Assembly: GCF_001194135.2 (NCBI RefSeq)
Contig: NC_068984.1
Span: 10,785,720-10,849,719, forward strand
Origin: Octopus bimaculoides
Lineage: Eukaryota
DNA length: 64,000 nt
Direction: 5' to 3'
This document shows, one piece after another, positions 36,496 through 50,940 of the stretch; within the stretch, counting starts at the first letter, position 1; each line of letters opens with the position of its first letter. The notes under the pieces were generated by a model that worked only from the letters and a program-made list of their open reading frames with translations, ran no database searches and was not told where the DNA came from. The position numbers and the translations under genes are program-made.

Positions 36496-37594
36496 TACAG
36501 TTCAGATATTTTCAAAACACATCACTTATAAACTCATTTGTAACTTTCTGGTGAAGTTTAGAGAAATTCTTAAAGGTTAACTTTTAAGAGATTTTTGGCT
36601 TTTGCACTTTAGACTTGCTACATAGGCCGAAAATATGACATTTAATTGGGAAGTGCTAGATTTTTGACATTTGCTTCATATCATAATTTCTGTTTCAATT
36701 AAGGAAGTGAAATATGGAGCCAAGATAAATATATCTTCTTGGTCCAGGACATAGAATTAACACTTTGCAGCTCTGATGGATTATCCGAACTTGAATTTAG
36801 CACTTTTGTTTTGAATCAGATTAAACAACAACATCATCATCATCATCATAATGTGATGTCTGTTTTCCATAGTAGCATGGGTTAGATAGTTTGGCAAGCC
36901 AGAGAGCTCTACCAGGGCTGCAGTCATTTGTTTTGGCTTGGTTTCTATGGCTGGATGCCCTTCCTAATGCCAACCACTTTACAGAGTGTACTGGGTGCCT
37001 TTTACATGTCACTGGCATGGGCACCTTTCATATGTACATCATTCAAAATTGGTGCCTTTTACATGTCACTGGCGTCGGTGCCTTTTATGTGTCACCGGCA
37101 TGGGTGCCTCTTACATGTCAACAGCACAGGTACATTTTACATGTCACCGGCAGCAGCAGCAGGATTGCCAAGTAACTTGCAAGACAAAAGTCTCTTGGTT
37201 TAGAGACCAAGGCCTCTTACAACAGAAGTAAAAATCAGGCCTCTTACTACAGAAGGAGGAATTTCAACCATGTTTCGTGGTCTGCTACCACAACAGCTCC
37301 TTTATAGGATCCAGTTAGCTCAAGACATCATCAGGAGGAACCACGTCCGGTTTCGGCCCCTACTCCTCTACCGTTTTGACGTGGCGGGCCCCCCTTCCTT
37401 TCGGAGGTGTCTTCAGCTCTGGTGTTGAGTGCATGTCTTCTTTCTTCTGTTCCCTGGCCTCTTCGATGCAGCGTCAACGAGTGTCAGCGGCCGACAGAGC
37501 GGATGTGAGGGCTTCTTACACCAAACACTTGTGCAAAGCTCATTTCATGACATTGAAGAGAAGAAGAAATAATTGTTATCTTGATTTTTTTTAT

Positions 37595-37985
37595 CTTTCT
37601 ACTTGTTTCAGTCATTGGGCTGTGGCCATGCTGGGGCACTACCTTGAAGGGTTTTAGTCAAGTAAAGTGACCCCTGTACTTGGTTTATATATATTGTTTC
37701 AAAAGTCTGATTTTTATTGTATAAGTCTCTTTTGCTGAACTGTCTTATATGGATGTAAACAAACCAACACTAGTTGTCAAGTGGGAGGGGTGACAAACAT
37801 AAATGCAAAAATGTATACACATATATACAATGGGCTTCCATATAGTTTGTCTACCAAATTCACTCACAAGAAATTGTTCAATCTGAGGCTATGATAAAAA
37901 ACACTTGCCCAAGGCACCACACAGTGGGACTGAACCTGAATCTATGTGGTTGCAAAGTGAACTTTTTAACCACACATCCACAGCT
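37595..37985 (-). mobile_element. SINE family A, diverged copy
   Basis: Reverse complement of tail through head. Confidence 0.75.
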
Positions 37986-38041
37986 TAAGAAAATTTTATG
38001 ATCTATTTTTTTTTTAATTTTGTATTTAAAAGAAATATTAA

Positions 38042-38228
38042 CCTTTTGGTTACTGAATTTACATTGAAAAACTCTGCTTTGTTTTAATTAGTTTTGAAAA
38101 TAAGGAAGAACTTTTTAAAATATTTTGGTTGCAAAATTTGGATGGAAGCTGTTAATTTAGTTTCTTTTAAAACAGGGAATTTGTTTTATAGAACCAAAAG
38201 TGATTTCAGATGGTTTGGTACCAAAAGG
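38042..38228. mobile_element. piggyBac-like MITE
   Basis: ttaa|ccttttggttac ... ggtaccaaaagg|tttaa; internal sequence resembles 27439-27658. Confidence 0.55.
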
Positions 38229-39724
38229 TTTAAGAATAAGTAATAATCGAATCTAAACACAAATATATTCTGTTTGCTTCTAAAATACCTGAGAGGTATA
38301 TGCTATAGTTTATAGCATGCTGACCAACTAAAAGCATAAATAAATTGTCTTTTCGTCTCTGCTCTCTCTCTTCCTTCTCTTTCTATCCCTCTCTTTCCCC
38401 TTCTTCCTCTTGCACAACTTTGAAAATTTGTCTATCCAGAGACCTATGGAGGTGAGCTATCAGATTAAAAACCCATTTGTACATTTATAAAGACAAAACC
38501 AAAATGTTTTTCCTTAAGAAGAAACTTGTTTGTTTATTATTATTTTTTTTTTTAGTGAAATTTCACTCAAGCGAATTAATTTAAATTGCATTACTTGTCA
38601 GATTTATGTATCAGCTATCAATTCAGATTCCATCTGTCAATAATAGATTTATAATAATTATTTATTTTTATTGATATATTTAAAAGATTTGTCATTAAAT
38701 TTAAGCCACCAGAGAAATAAATTTTAAAATATTAATTTTCAACTTAGGCACAATTCCACAAATTTGGGAACAGATTTAATCAAATAGATTGAATTACTCA
38801 ACTAGTACTTCTATGATCTACTGAAGGATGGACAGTAAAAATAACCTCAGTAGGATTTGAACTTGGAGCATCTATGACTGCAATGAAATATTGCAAGGCA
38901 TTTTTGTCACTCAGCTGATTGTACCAGCCCACCAAAATATTAAAAATAAAATGAAATGAATATGGCTAATAAAATGACTGATAATTTGGAATCTAATATA
39001 GATATCTTGAGAAGTAATACTTCTAATATTTCGTTGAATTTTGGGAGGTTCATTATGCCAATGATAAACACACACACACTGGTTCTATTTCACTTCCTTA
39101 TTTTTATTGGTCACTTGGTTAACCATTTAATTAATTAACTAATCGATTATTTTATTAATCATTTAATCAGTCTGACCTTGCTGAGACAAATAAATATGTC
39201 TTAACAAACAAGTTCACATCAAGAGTTTTGCAAATTAAATACAAAACCATCAACAACAAATGTTTCTTATATATTTACCTGATTTGTTTTAATGATTGCT
39301 CTTCTTGTAAGATTATAAAAGGCTAACTTCCTGTGACCTAAGCAAACTTCCTGCTGACATTATTAGGAAACTTTGACATTTTCTTATCTGATAATTCTGT
39401 CTTTTAAGAATCCATCAATCAGTAGAGATTATTCTGAAGTTTCTCTTACTTCATAACAACACAAACTGGCAGGATGAGGGCATTGAATAACTTTAGACAA
39501 TTCACTTAGATATTACTTCACTTTCATGTACCATGAGAATTGCTGAATATTCAAACTAAGATATTTGGTGGGATTTTCTCTCTGATTAAGAAATAAACAG
39601 CAATCACACCTGAAAAACGAATGAGACATAGAGATGCCTCTAGAATATATTTAATTTTCAATGAATGAAATATTTGGCCGGTCATCAAATTTTATAACTG
39701 AAGTTGGGCAGTAGTACTATATAC

Positions 39725-40157
39725 TTTTCTACTCTAGGCGCAAGGCCTGAAATTCTGGGGGAGGGGGCAAGTCAAGTAGATTGACCCCTTATGCAACTGG
39801 TACTTAATTTATCAACTCCGAAAGGATGAAAGGCAAAGTTGACCTCAGCGGAATTTGAACTCAAAACGTAAAGACAGCGCTAAGTATTTTGACTGGCATG
39901 CTAACGTTTCTGCCAGCTCGCTGCCTTACCATTAAATATATTCTTTTCTACTCTAGGTACAAGGCCTGAAATTCTGGGGAAGGGGACTAGTCATTTAGAT
40001 TGACCCCAGTATACAACTGGTACTTAATTTATCGACCTTGAAAGGATGAAAGGTAAAGTCGACCTCAGCGGAATTTGAACTCAGAACATAAAGACAGACG
40101 AAATACTGCTGAGTATTTTGCCCAACGTCCTAACATTTCTGCCTGCTCGCCGCCTTG
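39725..40157 (-). mobile_element. Two tandem SINE family B copies
   Basis: 39725-39927 and 39945-40157 both begin ttttctactctagg..caaggcctgaaattctgggg and end ctcgc.gcc. Confidence 0.85.
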
Positions 40158-43100
40158 AGGGCAGTAGCACTATATAGCCACACCCACTCAAGTGTACACA
40201 CACACACACACACTTACACATGCATATATTCATACATGTACAAGTGCAATTTTGTAGGAATTTACATACATAGGTTCAAGCATGGCTGTGTGGTAAGATG
40301 CTTACTTCTCAATCACATGGTTCCGGGTTCAGTCCCACTATATAGCACCTTGGGCAAGTGTCTTCTACTAAAGCCTCAGGCTGTTACTCTTTTACTCTTT
40401 TACTTATTTCAGTCATTTGACTGTGGCCATGCAGGAACACCACCTTTAGTCAAGCAAATCAACCCCAGGACTTATTCATTGTAAGCCTAGTACTTATTCT
40501 ATCAGTCTCTTTTGCCGAACCACTAAATTACAGGGACGTAAACACCAACATCAGTTGTCAAGCGATGTTGGGGCAAAGTTAGCAATGTGGTTACATAGGT
40601 TTGAAACCTTTTCCACTAAGATAAATAGTATCTTAGCATAACGAAGTTATCACACAGCCAAACTCCTTGGTTGTGGAATAATTATCTATCTTTTTAATGT
40701 CATTTCCTTCAACTCATTCCAATTTTTGCATGAAACATTCCAAGCATAACCAAAATATTTTCATAAAATAAAATTGTTGAATTGAATCATTTCATCCTAA
40801 GAAATAACAATGTGGATGTTATGAAATATTCCAATTCAGAATTCCATTGTTGCTTTGATTGTTCAGGAGTAGCATTAATTTATTGAAAAGATTCAACAGA
40901 CAGTCGTCTTTCATGAAATACATATAAGCACAGGCATGGCTGTGCCACTAAGAGAACTTGTTTTGCAATCATGTGTCTTTGGGTTAAGTCCCACACTGTG
41001 GTAGCTTGGGCAAATGTCTTTTTAATATAGCCTCAGGCTGATCAAATGTACTGAGGAGTACATTTTCATTGCACATCTTATGTGATGTTCTCACTACATA
41101 AATAAATGTAGTTTGAATGAAACATATGTACTGCTATAACCTAATGCATTTTTGTTGCTTTTCTTCAAATATATATATGTATATATNNNNNNNNNNNNNN
41201 NNNNNNNNNNNNNNNNNNNNNNNNNNNNNNNNNNNNNNNNNNNNNNNNNNNNNNNNNNNNNNNNNNNNNNNNNNNNNNNNNNNNNNNNNNNNNNNNNNNN
41301 NNNNNNNNNNNNNNNNNNNNNNNNNNNNNNNNNNNNNNNNNNNNNNNNNNNNNNNNNNNNNNNNNNNNNNNNNNNNNNNNNNNNNNNNNNNNNNNNNNNN
41401 NNNGTTCAGAGTCACTGCCACCATGTGCAAGATTCTCATTTAGTTTGGCCCAAACTGTGCAAATGGAATTTAATAATAGATAGTGAAATTATGGGGTTTC
41501 TTTTTTTTTTTGTTAAATGTTTTATTCAGGAGGGTCCTTTACAATGAGTCCTTTACAATGCCTCCTATACTAATGGTGGGAAGGGAGATATCTTGAAACC
41601 AGAAACTGGGGTTAAATGCATGCAACAAACTGGCACTTAATTTATCAACCCCGAAAGGATAAAAAGCAAAGTCAACCTCAGCGGAATTTGAACTCAGAAC
41701 GTAACGGCAGACGAAATACCGCTAAGCATTTCACCCGATTTGCTAACGTTTCTGCCAGCTCGACGCATAATACATTATTTCTGTTCATACATTATTTCTG
41801 TTAGCATATACTTGTTCTTTCTTATCAGTTTTGATTGCTCTTAAGGGGTTAGCTCTTTCCAATAAGGACTCTCTCTTATGCAGCGACCTAAAAACACGTG
41901 TGCAAACACAGTCACACATCCGTACGTACAGTGAATGCATCTGCTCTCACTGCATTGCAACTCATATACACAAACATGGTAACACCTACATAAACTCAGC
42001 AACACACATATATGCAAACAAAACAGACATATACACAATGTAATAACACACACATACATGCAACGCACACATGTACACAATCACAATGACACACATTTAT
42101 ACAAACAAAGCAGTAGTAACACACGAAAACATGTAACCCAGTATATGTATGCAAATGCATCGACACACACATACATATACATGCATGCACATAAACACAT
42201 TCACAAACAATGTTATACATGTATGCAAACACTATCACACGCATCTATGTAAACAAAACAATACACACACTTAGGCAAACAAAATACACACATGCACACA
42301 ATCACATGGACATACACACACACATACATACATAAAAACAACACCACACATATATGTACACAATTTTTTTTTATATTTCCTGGTTATTTGTTTTTCTATG
42401 AATGAAAGAATTCATCAAATCTGAATTTTCAAATAAATTTTTGGAGCAAATATTTTCCAGTTTGCCAAACTTGTGAATGACAGGCATTTGGCAATAAAGT
42501 GGTATTGATTGATTTCTTTTATCGATTAGTCAAAGTAGGAAGGGACCGTGTTAAAGACTTCTTACAGGGTCTCCAAGGTAGATGGAAGGGGAGGAAGGAG
42601 CTAGGTCCCTATGGATCGTTGGAGCAGAAACACAACGCAAGGTGAAAGGGATGAAGGGTGTAAGAGTTGAGAGTACTCTACAACCTTGAGCATGTACATT
42701 CACTCAAGTGACTGAGGAGGGGAAATGGGAAAGGGCGAAAGGGAGAGAGAAAGACAGAGGGAGAGAGAGAAAGAAAGCAAGGACTGCTGGAAGACCAGAA
42801 TGTATTGATGAAGAAGAAAGAGTGTGTTGGGAAAGGCAGGGTTATATAGGGATGGAGTCAGAAAAAGGGTGATTAGCCAATAGCTAAGGGGGACAAAGGC
42901 AAGAGTAGGTGATGGGGGTCACAGTAGAAATGGCCCAGAATAAAGAGAGTGAGAGAGTGATGGATGTCTGTACAGAAAGGGCAAAGTTGGTGTATATTAG
43001 GAACAAACACTCAAGTGTAGCTGTGTGGTAAAATGTTTGCTTCCCAACCACATGATTCTAGGTTCAGTCCCAATGCATGGCACTTTGGACAAGTGTCTTC

Positions 43101-43558
43101 TACTATAACCCTAGGCTGACCAATGTCCTGTGAGTGGATTTTATAGACAGAAACTACTTTGGCTCAAATATTCTTTCATCTCCCTCTCACATGGGTTCCA
43201 CTAATTTGGGGATCTCAGTGCTTTCTGATGCAGCTGTCAGCTTACCTCATCATCGGCATCATCATCTAATGTCTGTTTTCCATGCTAGCTATCTGTTGGA
43301 CAGTTTGGCAGGGTCTGTTGAGCTGCAGAGACATATAAAAAGCACCCGTGCCATTACTACATAGGAGGCACCCATGCCAGTGCCACATAAAAAGCACTCC
43401 TGTTGGTGCCATATAATAGCACTGGTGCTGGTGCCACATAAGAAGCACCCAGTACGCTCTGTAAAGTAAAAGAGTAATCTTCACAAGTATTTCGCCTTGA
43501 AGTCCCACATCTCACTATCAAGCTGTATCACAATTCTAACTCAGAATCATACAATATA

Positions 43559-43637
<79 letters not shown>

Positions 43638-45134
43638 ATATGTGCATGTGTATATATGTGTATGTATGTATGTATATATGAAAAGCAGATGGTGGTGAGC
43701 AACAGGAAGAGCATGAAGCTGTAAAATACTGCCTCAATAAGTCTTAATTCAAACCATCCCAGCATGAAAAAACAGATGTAAAATAAATGCACAACACTGT
43801 GTGTGTGTGTGTGTGTGTGTGTGTACAAATACATATGTATCTAAATAATGTGTGTATGTATGTTTGTATATATGCATGCTTCCAAATAATTTATGTGTAT
43901 ATATGCATCTACATATATTTGTATTTGTGTGTGTGTACATATCTATTTGTGTGCATATTAGTAAATATACTTATATATGCATGTGTACATGTACATATAT
44001 ATATATATATATATATAAGTATGTATATACGTATATCCATGCATGTGTATGTGTGTACATACACATAAAGAAAGAAGTGGGGAGAGAGAGAGAGAAGGAG
44101 AGATGTAATCTGATACTACATGTAAGAATGTTTATTGTATAGAAAGAGAAAAGCTGTTATTTTTCTTTCATTATTTATAAATTGACTGATGGTTATAGAT
44201 CTAAACATTGCCAATATACATCTTCATCATTGCCACCACCACCACCACCATCTCCATCGCCACCACCACCACCACCATCACTTTCATCAATACCAGTGTC
44301 TTTCAACACTGACGTTCGTTGGATGAGTCTGCAGAACATGCTGATTGTTCCACATCTCCTCGCTTTCTTAATGCCACAAACCCCTGATAGGTCTGTCCTC
44401 CCACAACCAAAACAGTTCTCTCCGATACTCTTTATCTCACTTTCACTTTGTATTTCCATTCCGATTTAAAGAATAACATAAACAAGCCAAAAAAGCAACG
44501 CCAATAAATGTTTACTCAACACACATTTACATTTGATTTCACCAAGTATATAAACTCGACATCTATTTACTTTTGCTTACGTCCTTGAAAAGGCATTAAT
44601 TCAATTCCGTCGTTCACAGTTTAGGTCTTATTTTCAATATCCTCTAACACAAGTCTCCTTCTGCTTGGAAACAAATGACAACAGAACTGAATAAATAAAT
44701 AAATAAATGAATAAATAATTTTTGCAAAACAAGTATGGCTGCATGGTTAAGAAGTTTGCTTCTCAACCATGTAATTTAGGATCCAGTTCTACCTTATGAC
44801 ACTTTGTTTGAGTGATGTCATTTACCATAATTTCAGGCTGGCCAAAACCTTGTGAATGACTTTGGCAGGCAGAAATATATGATGTTATAATAAAATGATA
44901 AACTAACTCTCTTATTTTATTCTGTTCTCACACATATATANNNNNNNNNNNNNNNNNNNNNNNNNNNNNNNNNNNNNNNNNNNNNNNNNNNNNNNNNNNN
45001 NNNNNNNNNNNNNNNNNNNNNNNNNNNNNNNNTATATATATAATTAAAACAGTAGGGTAAAAAATTGGATATTAATTAATATCAATTTAGTCGAACAAAT
45101 CGACCCCAGGGCTTATTCTTTGTAAGCCTAGTAT

Positions 45135-45520
45135 CACATGGCTCTGGGTTCATTCTCACTGCATGATACTTTGGGCAAGTGTCTTCTACTATAGCCTTGG
45201 GCCAACCAGAGCCTTGTGAGTGGATTTGGTAGACAGGAACTGAAAGAAGCCTGTTGTATGTGTATGTGTGTATGTGTCTGTACTTGGCCTCTCACCAACA
45301 CTTGACAACCGATGCTGGTGTGTTTATGTCCCCCGTAACTTAGTGGTTCAGCAAAAGACACCAGTAGAATAAGTACTGGGCTTATAAAGAATAAGTCCTA
45401 GGCTTACAAAGAATAAGTCCTAGGCTTACAAAGAATAAGTCCTGGGGTCGATTTCTTCGACTGAAATGCGATGCTCCAGCATGGCTGCAGTCAAATGACT
45501 AAAACAAATAAAAAATAAAG
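45135..45520 (+). mobile_element. SINE family A with an internal 22-bp tandem duplication
   Basis: Family A body; ctaggcttacaaagaataagtc is repeated at about 45390-45445. Confidence 0.8.
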
Positions 45521-48420
45521 AATATCTGGTCACGTTGTACCTTCGGAGATGTGTGAAATAAGGGATTCTTTATTTGAACAGCAGATAAAGGTTAGTGACA
45601 GGAAGGATATCCATTAATAGAATATTGCCTCTGTAATAAACACATCTAACCCATGCTAGCATGGAAAAACAAACATAAAACAAACATGCGAAAGCCTCTT
45701 TCACTATGTAATTTTGTAAAAGTCATAAATTAGGAAATGAAACCATCTCAATTGTCCCATTTAGAAATATCCACTGTACTTTTGGAATTGAAGATAAATA
45801 AATTTTCAAGACATTGTTTTGAGTAATAAAACGAAAAAATAGTTTAAAAAAAAATTTTTTTTTAAATAAAAATTGAAAGAAATAAAATCTGAAAACCAAA
45901 AATTGGTAAAAAATAGAAGGCAGGAAAGTATTTTAGTTGCCAGATTTTATTCCAAAGTGAAGATTTCTTCTTTAAATCCTGTTTGCCTGCAGGAAGTCCC
46001 ATTTTAGACGATGTTTCTTGTTTTGATTTTTAATTAGTTTGGTCTGGCAGAAAGGGCAGTGTCTGTGACCTTCGCATGCTTTCTTAGACTAGGGAAATTG
46101 ATATCGTTAACACGCTATTTAATTCCGAGTTTCGTTTTATGAAAGTCTTTCCACTGCCAAATTGGTCATTTGTGCTGTGCCAAGTAGCTCTCTAGATAAT
46201 TAGTTTGTTTTTTTTTTTNNNNNNNNNNNNNNNNNNNNNNNNNNNNNNNNNNNNNNNNNNNNNNNNNNNNNNNNNNNNNNNNNNNNNNNNNNNNNNNNNN
46301 NNNNNNNNNNNNNNNNNNNNNNNNNNNNNNNNNNNNNNNNNNCCGTCCTTTTTCCTTGTAGAATTTTTCATTCAGTTATAATTGTGGAATGATTCTGATG
46401 CTTTCTAAAACCATGGCTTAACCTCTGTAGACATCAGTGCCTAATCTCAAGATTCGTTTTGCAAACATGAAAAAAATCTGCATTTGAATATCATCATCAT
46501 CATCATCATCATCATTTAACGTTCATGTTCCATGCTGGTATGTGTAAGACGGTTTGACCAAATCCAACAGGACTAAGAACAGTGTTCCAATGTTTTTCTA
46601 TAGCTGGACACCCTTCCTCATACCAATTGCTTTACGAGGTTTACTTGGTGTTTTTTCATGGCACCAGCACTAGTGAGGTCACTACACAGCTTGTGTGACT
46701 AAGACCCCCTTCGACAGAGTGGTGCTAAAATAAAGATGGGGGTTTTATGCTAAGAGGTGAGAGGTTAAAGCATGAGAGAAGGGATCAAAACAGAAGAGGT
46801 TTCTTGCTGCAGAGAAGCTACATGGCTTCTCTCATATTTTAGAAGAAAGGTGGAGGTAGAAAGCAATAAAAATAACGGTAGTGAGATGTCAGAGTAAGCC
46901 CTCAAGATAAGAGGTGAGTAGAAGTGCATGGGGACAGGCCCCAAGAGGTCGTGAGAGTATATGGGAGAGTGAAATATAAAGAATGGGTAAAATCTGAATG
47001 TGAACAAGATGGAAGTGTCTTGAAGTGTCCTCTCTGCATACATTGAGTGCCAAAATAAAGAAACATTGATTAAATGAAGATTTGGTTAGTGTTCAATCAG
47101 TAGCCATTTCTCTTTAAATCTTTTCCTTCTTGACAGCCCTTTTAATTTTTGAGGCAGTCTCTTTTGAGAGCTTCACATGGAAACAAAACCTTATTTAGTC
47201 ATTTTTTTAAATAAAATTGGTAAAAAGAAAAATATTAAGTAAAGCAATGAAGAAAGCTTAAAATCTAAACCAGTGGGTTCCAAGAGGAGCTAAATCTCCT
47301 TTTAAGGGGGAATGCTAAGAGTCATGAAGAGGGCAGTGAACAGTATGTAAATTTTGATTTTAATGACAGCTACTATCTGCATTACATAAGGGTATACACG
47401 GGGGAACATAAGTATCCTTATATTGTAGGTGTTCAGTAAAAAGGTAGGAGGTAGGAAAAAATTGCCCTAAACTCTTAGATTAAGGAACTGCTGTTACCAT
47501 TAATGGAATGTCAGTTGTTTAATGACACCCTCCTCAGAATAAATATCTGATTGTCACAAATAAGGTTGTATAGTTTAGAAATACTATTAAATTCTTCTGT
47601 AAAATGGCTGTCTTTTGGTTGAATCTAAATGAGGGAAATTTTAAAGTGATTTGGTTGTCCTAGTTGCCAAAATTATTGTCTTCAGGCTAGAGTGTTGGTG
47701 ACTTACATTTGCCTGTTGAGTTTGTCAGATGTGCCACTGCATTCAAATCTTAAACAAGAATTTCTCTTTACATATCCAGATTAATTTATGAGACATATCT
47801 GACATCATATAGTTGCAATCTAGCATTTTCTTTTGTAAAGATATTTCTTTCAAAATTTTGCACAAAGCCAGTTATTATAGTGGGAGGGATTAGTTGATTA
47901 CATTGACCCCAATGGTCAACTAGTACTCATTTAATTGACCCCAAAAGGATGAAAGGTAAAGTTGACCTTGGCAGAATTTGAACCCAGAATGTAAAGAGCT
48001 GGAAGAAATGTGGCTAAGCATTTTGTTTGCTACACCAATGACTCTGCCACCTTGTGGCCCTTTTTTTTTTTTCGTAGGTTTTTGTAAAGGTATTACATAT
48101 TACAAATATTTCTTTTTAAAATGTATATTATTATTATTCCTTCATAACACAGTGTTGGTAAAAATGCACTGGAGTCTTTAGTTATCTGTCAATTCACAAC
48201 AAGGGCCTCAAACAGATAATACTTTCCTTAAGATGTGCACTGTCCCCAATAAGGCTGCTTTTTGCAAGACATCAATCTTGCATGGGATTTCCAGTTGCCT
48301 TAAGAAGTCTTGAAGTTTCAATGGGATTGAACCCAGCACATTGATCACCACTGGTATCACTTTTACATTGCCCTTTCAGACTTTTTTGGTAGCATTTTGG
48401 ATGTTGCGCTGAGTGCACCT

Positions 48421-48725
48421 ATTATTATTATTATTGTTGTTATCATTTTCTCTTTATCACAAGTTTTGTTGGAGCTCCTGGAGTCTTGCATGCGTAACGA
48501 GCTTGCTACCTGCAGCCTACAGCACCATGCTATCCGTTCTTTTCAGCTATCTAATACTTTCCTGATTATTCTTCCCGTGCCAAGGAGGCAAACCTTTTGT
48601 AACAGTTCTACTGGGCACTCTATTCCAGTTTCCTTTATATTCCTCTTGATGCCTTCTGATACTGTTTCCGTGGACCCATCAATAATTGGCACTATTTTCA
48701 CCTTCTTCATTTTCCATAATTATTA
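48421..48725 (-). mobile_element. Second Dong/R4-like RLE retrotransposon family, 3' end in (TAT)n
   Basis: Minus translation from 48719: LWKMKKVKIVPIIDGSTETVSEGIKRNIKETGIECPVELLQKVCLLGTGRIIRKVLDS* (stop at 48543-45). (TAT)n on both sides. Confidence 0.8.
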
Positions 48726-49097
48726 TTATTATTATCATTATCATTATTTTCTCTCCAAGTGTGAGCATATGTAAATAATGTACATAATTCCTCATCTTTT
48801 AAATATAGAACTGTATTACTCTGTAAAGTGTTTAGCATTAACAAAGGCACCTGTAAAAACCATGTGACAACAGACAATTGGAGTCTGGACAGCTTTCCAG
48901 TTAGCCAGCCCCTATCAAACCATCCAACCCATGGCAGCATGGAAAATGGATCTTAAACAACGATGATGATTGTTGCTAGTATTATTATTATTTCATATTC
49001 TTTATGTAATGTTTTTAAAAAATATATTTTCTTTTCCTAATCCACTGATTTAGTGTTTATCCTAAAACTGTAACTTTGATTTTCAAATTATCTTCAG

Positions 49098-49217
49098 GTA
49101 CCACACGTTGCCCTCGACCAGGAGAAATTAACGGAGTTCATTATACATTTCTTACTGCTGAAGAATTTGTGACCCTTGAGAAAAATGGCAGTCTATTAGA
49201 AAGTGGAATATTTGATG
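49098..49217 (+). CDS. MAGI: MAGI-family scaffold protein, next coding exon (guanylate kinase-like domain)
   Basis: tcttcag acceptor (AG 49096-97) and gatg|gtgagt donor (GT 49218-19). 120 nt, phase 1-1. The spliced codon T|GT gives the Cys of VPCTTR. Translation TTRCPRPGEINGVHYTFLTAEEFVTLEKNGSLLESGIFD(G) matches the GK motif TTRxPRxGEVxGVDYxF...LLESG. Confidence 0.95.
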
Positions 49218-49519
49218 GTGAGTTTGAAATGAAGTTTATTTATTCTTATATATTGTTTGTTTTTATGTTCATTTATAATAAAAACAACTTTACATTAATC
49301 TGATGAGTTTCTCTGTACTTTTATAGAGAGTACAAACTTATTACTGTTATATACAAGAACGTTGTTGAAAGTTTCAACCAGCTAAGCTATTGTTGGACTG
49401 TCTGACAGTGGCTTACCTGGCTGAAACATCAAAGTCATTGGTGCTCCAGCATGACAGCAGCTTCATGGCTGGAACAAATAAAAGAATAAATACAAACCAG
49501 CTCTTTCTCTATCAGCACA

Positions 49520-49595
49520 CGTTAATTTCATGAGCAGGCTGTTCCGTTGAGTGGATCAACTGAAACCCTCGTCATCATAACCGATGGAGTGCCAC
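49520..49595 (+). mobile_element. SINE family E-type 3' module
   Basis: gttaatttcatgagcaggctgttccgttgagtggatcaactgaaaccctcgtc matches 5845-5930. Confidence 0.6.
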
Positions 49596-49596
49596 A

Positions 49597-49674
<78 letters not shown>

Positions 49675-49876
49675 GCACACACATATATATACATATGTGT
49701 GTGTGTATATATATATACATATAATTTAGAGAAAATAACCAAAGTTCATGAACTCATCCATGAAAATCCACAGTCACATATAGAAAAATTTAATAAGTAA
49801 ATACATTAAAAAGAACTATAATAAAATACAAAGTAATAATCAATAAAATAATAAAATATATATATAAAATAATATA

Positions 49877-49909
<33 letters not shown>

Positions 49910-50689
49910 ACACATACCTATATATATACATATNNNNNNNNNNACAACCATCCAGATTTCTGAGTACCTTAATTTTTTTCTATAATATAATTCCTGTACA
50001 TCCCCTCCAAACCTTCCAATATATATACTATATATACACACATATACATATATATATATATATATATGTACACGTACATACATGCTTCAATGTATATGGA
50101 TCCAGTACTTAGTAAGTAGTCTGACTGCTGGCTTTGTTGTTGTTGTTTTTTATTTTTATCTGCTTGTGGAATCTCTTGAACTACCTGAACACAATCTACT
50201 TCTGCTGACTTCACTCATAAGAAATATGTCGAGCTTCATCTTCCACAGTTTAAAGATGTGAATCTTGTGTCGAAGAACCAAGTCATTGTAAACTGGTGTG
50301 GATAAATAAATAATTTATATTTATCCGTTCACTCAACTATAATAAATGGCCATTTGACTAATCCTTATCAAAGATGTCCACCAGGCGATGATTGATTAGC
50401 TCTGTTGACTTTCAAGGAAGCTGTGATATTCAGGAAATTCTCAAAGACATTATCATGTTAAGTGCATTAACTTCTGTGAGTGAGAAAACCAAAATCACAT
50501 CGCATATTCCGGTTATTAAGGACTTATTAGCTGACATTTAGTGACTGCTTCTGTCTGGTGGTAGTAATAGTAGTAGTAGTAGTAGTAGTAGCAGCAGCAG
50601 CAGCAGCAGTAATAGTGGCAGTGGCGGCGGCATTGCTCTCAACTATTATGATTATTTTTACAATAAATATTCCTTTTATTATATTAATA

Positions 50690-50907
50690 ATCCTTTCTGC
50701 TATAGGCCCAAGGCCTGAAATGAGGGGGAAAGGATAGTCGATTTCATCGACCCTAGTGCTTCACTGGTACTTAATTTATTGACCGTGAAAGGATGAAAGG
50801 CAAAGCAGAATTTGAACTCAGAGCGTAGCAATGGCAAAATACTGCTAAGCATTTTGCCCAGTGTGCTAATGATTCTGCCAGCTCACTGCCTTAATAATAA
50901 TAATAAT

Positions 50908-50940
<33 letters not shown>

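Noticed and set aside
42540-43000. Purine-rich tract as a minus-strand Penelope end
   Set aside because: The composition fits, but no diagnostic GIY-YIG or ribozyme motif was recognised; not listed as a feature.
49076-49303. Single-exon 75-aa ORF from the track
   Set aside because: Only 49098-49217 is coding; the rest is intron read-through.
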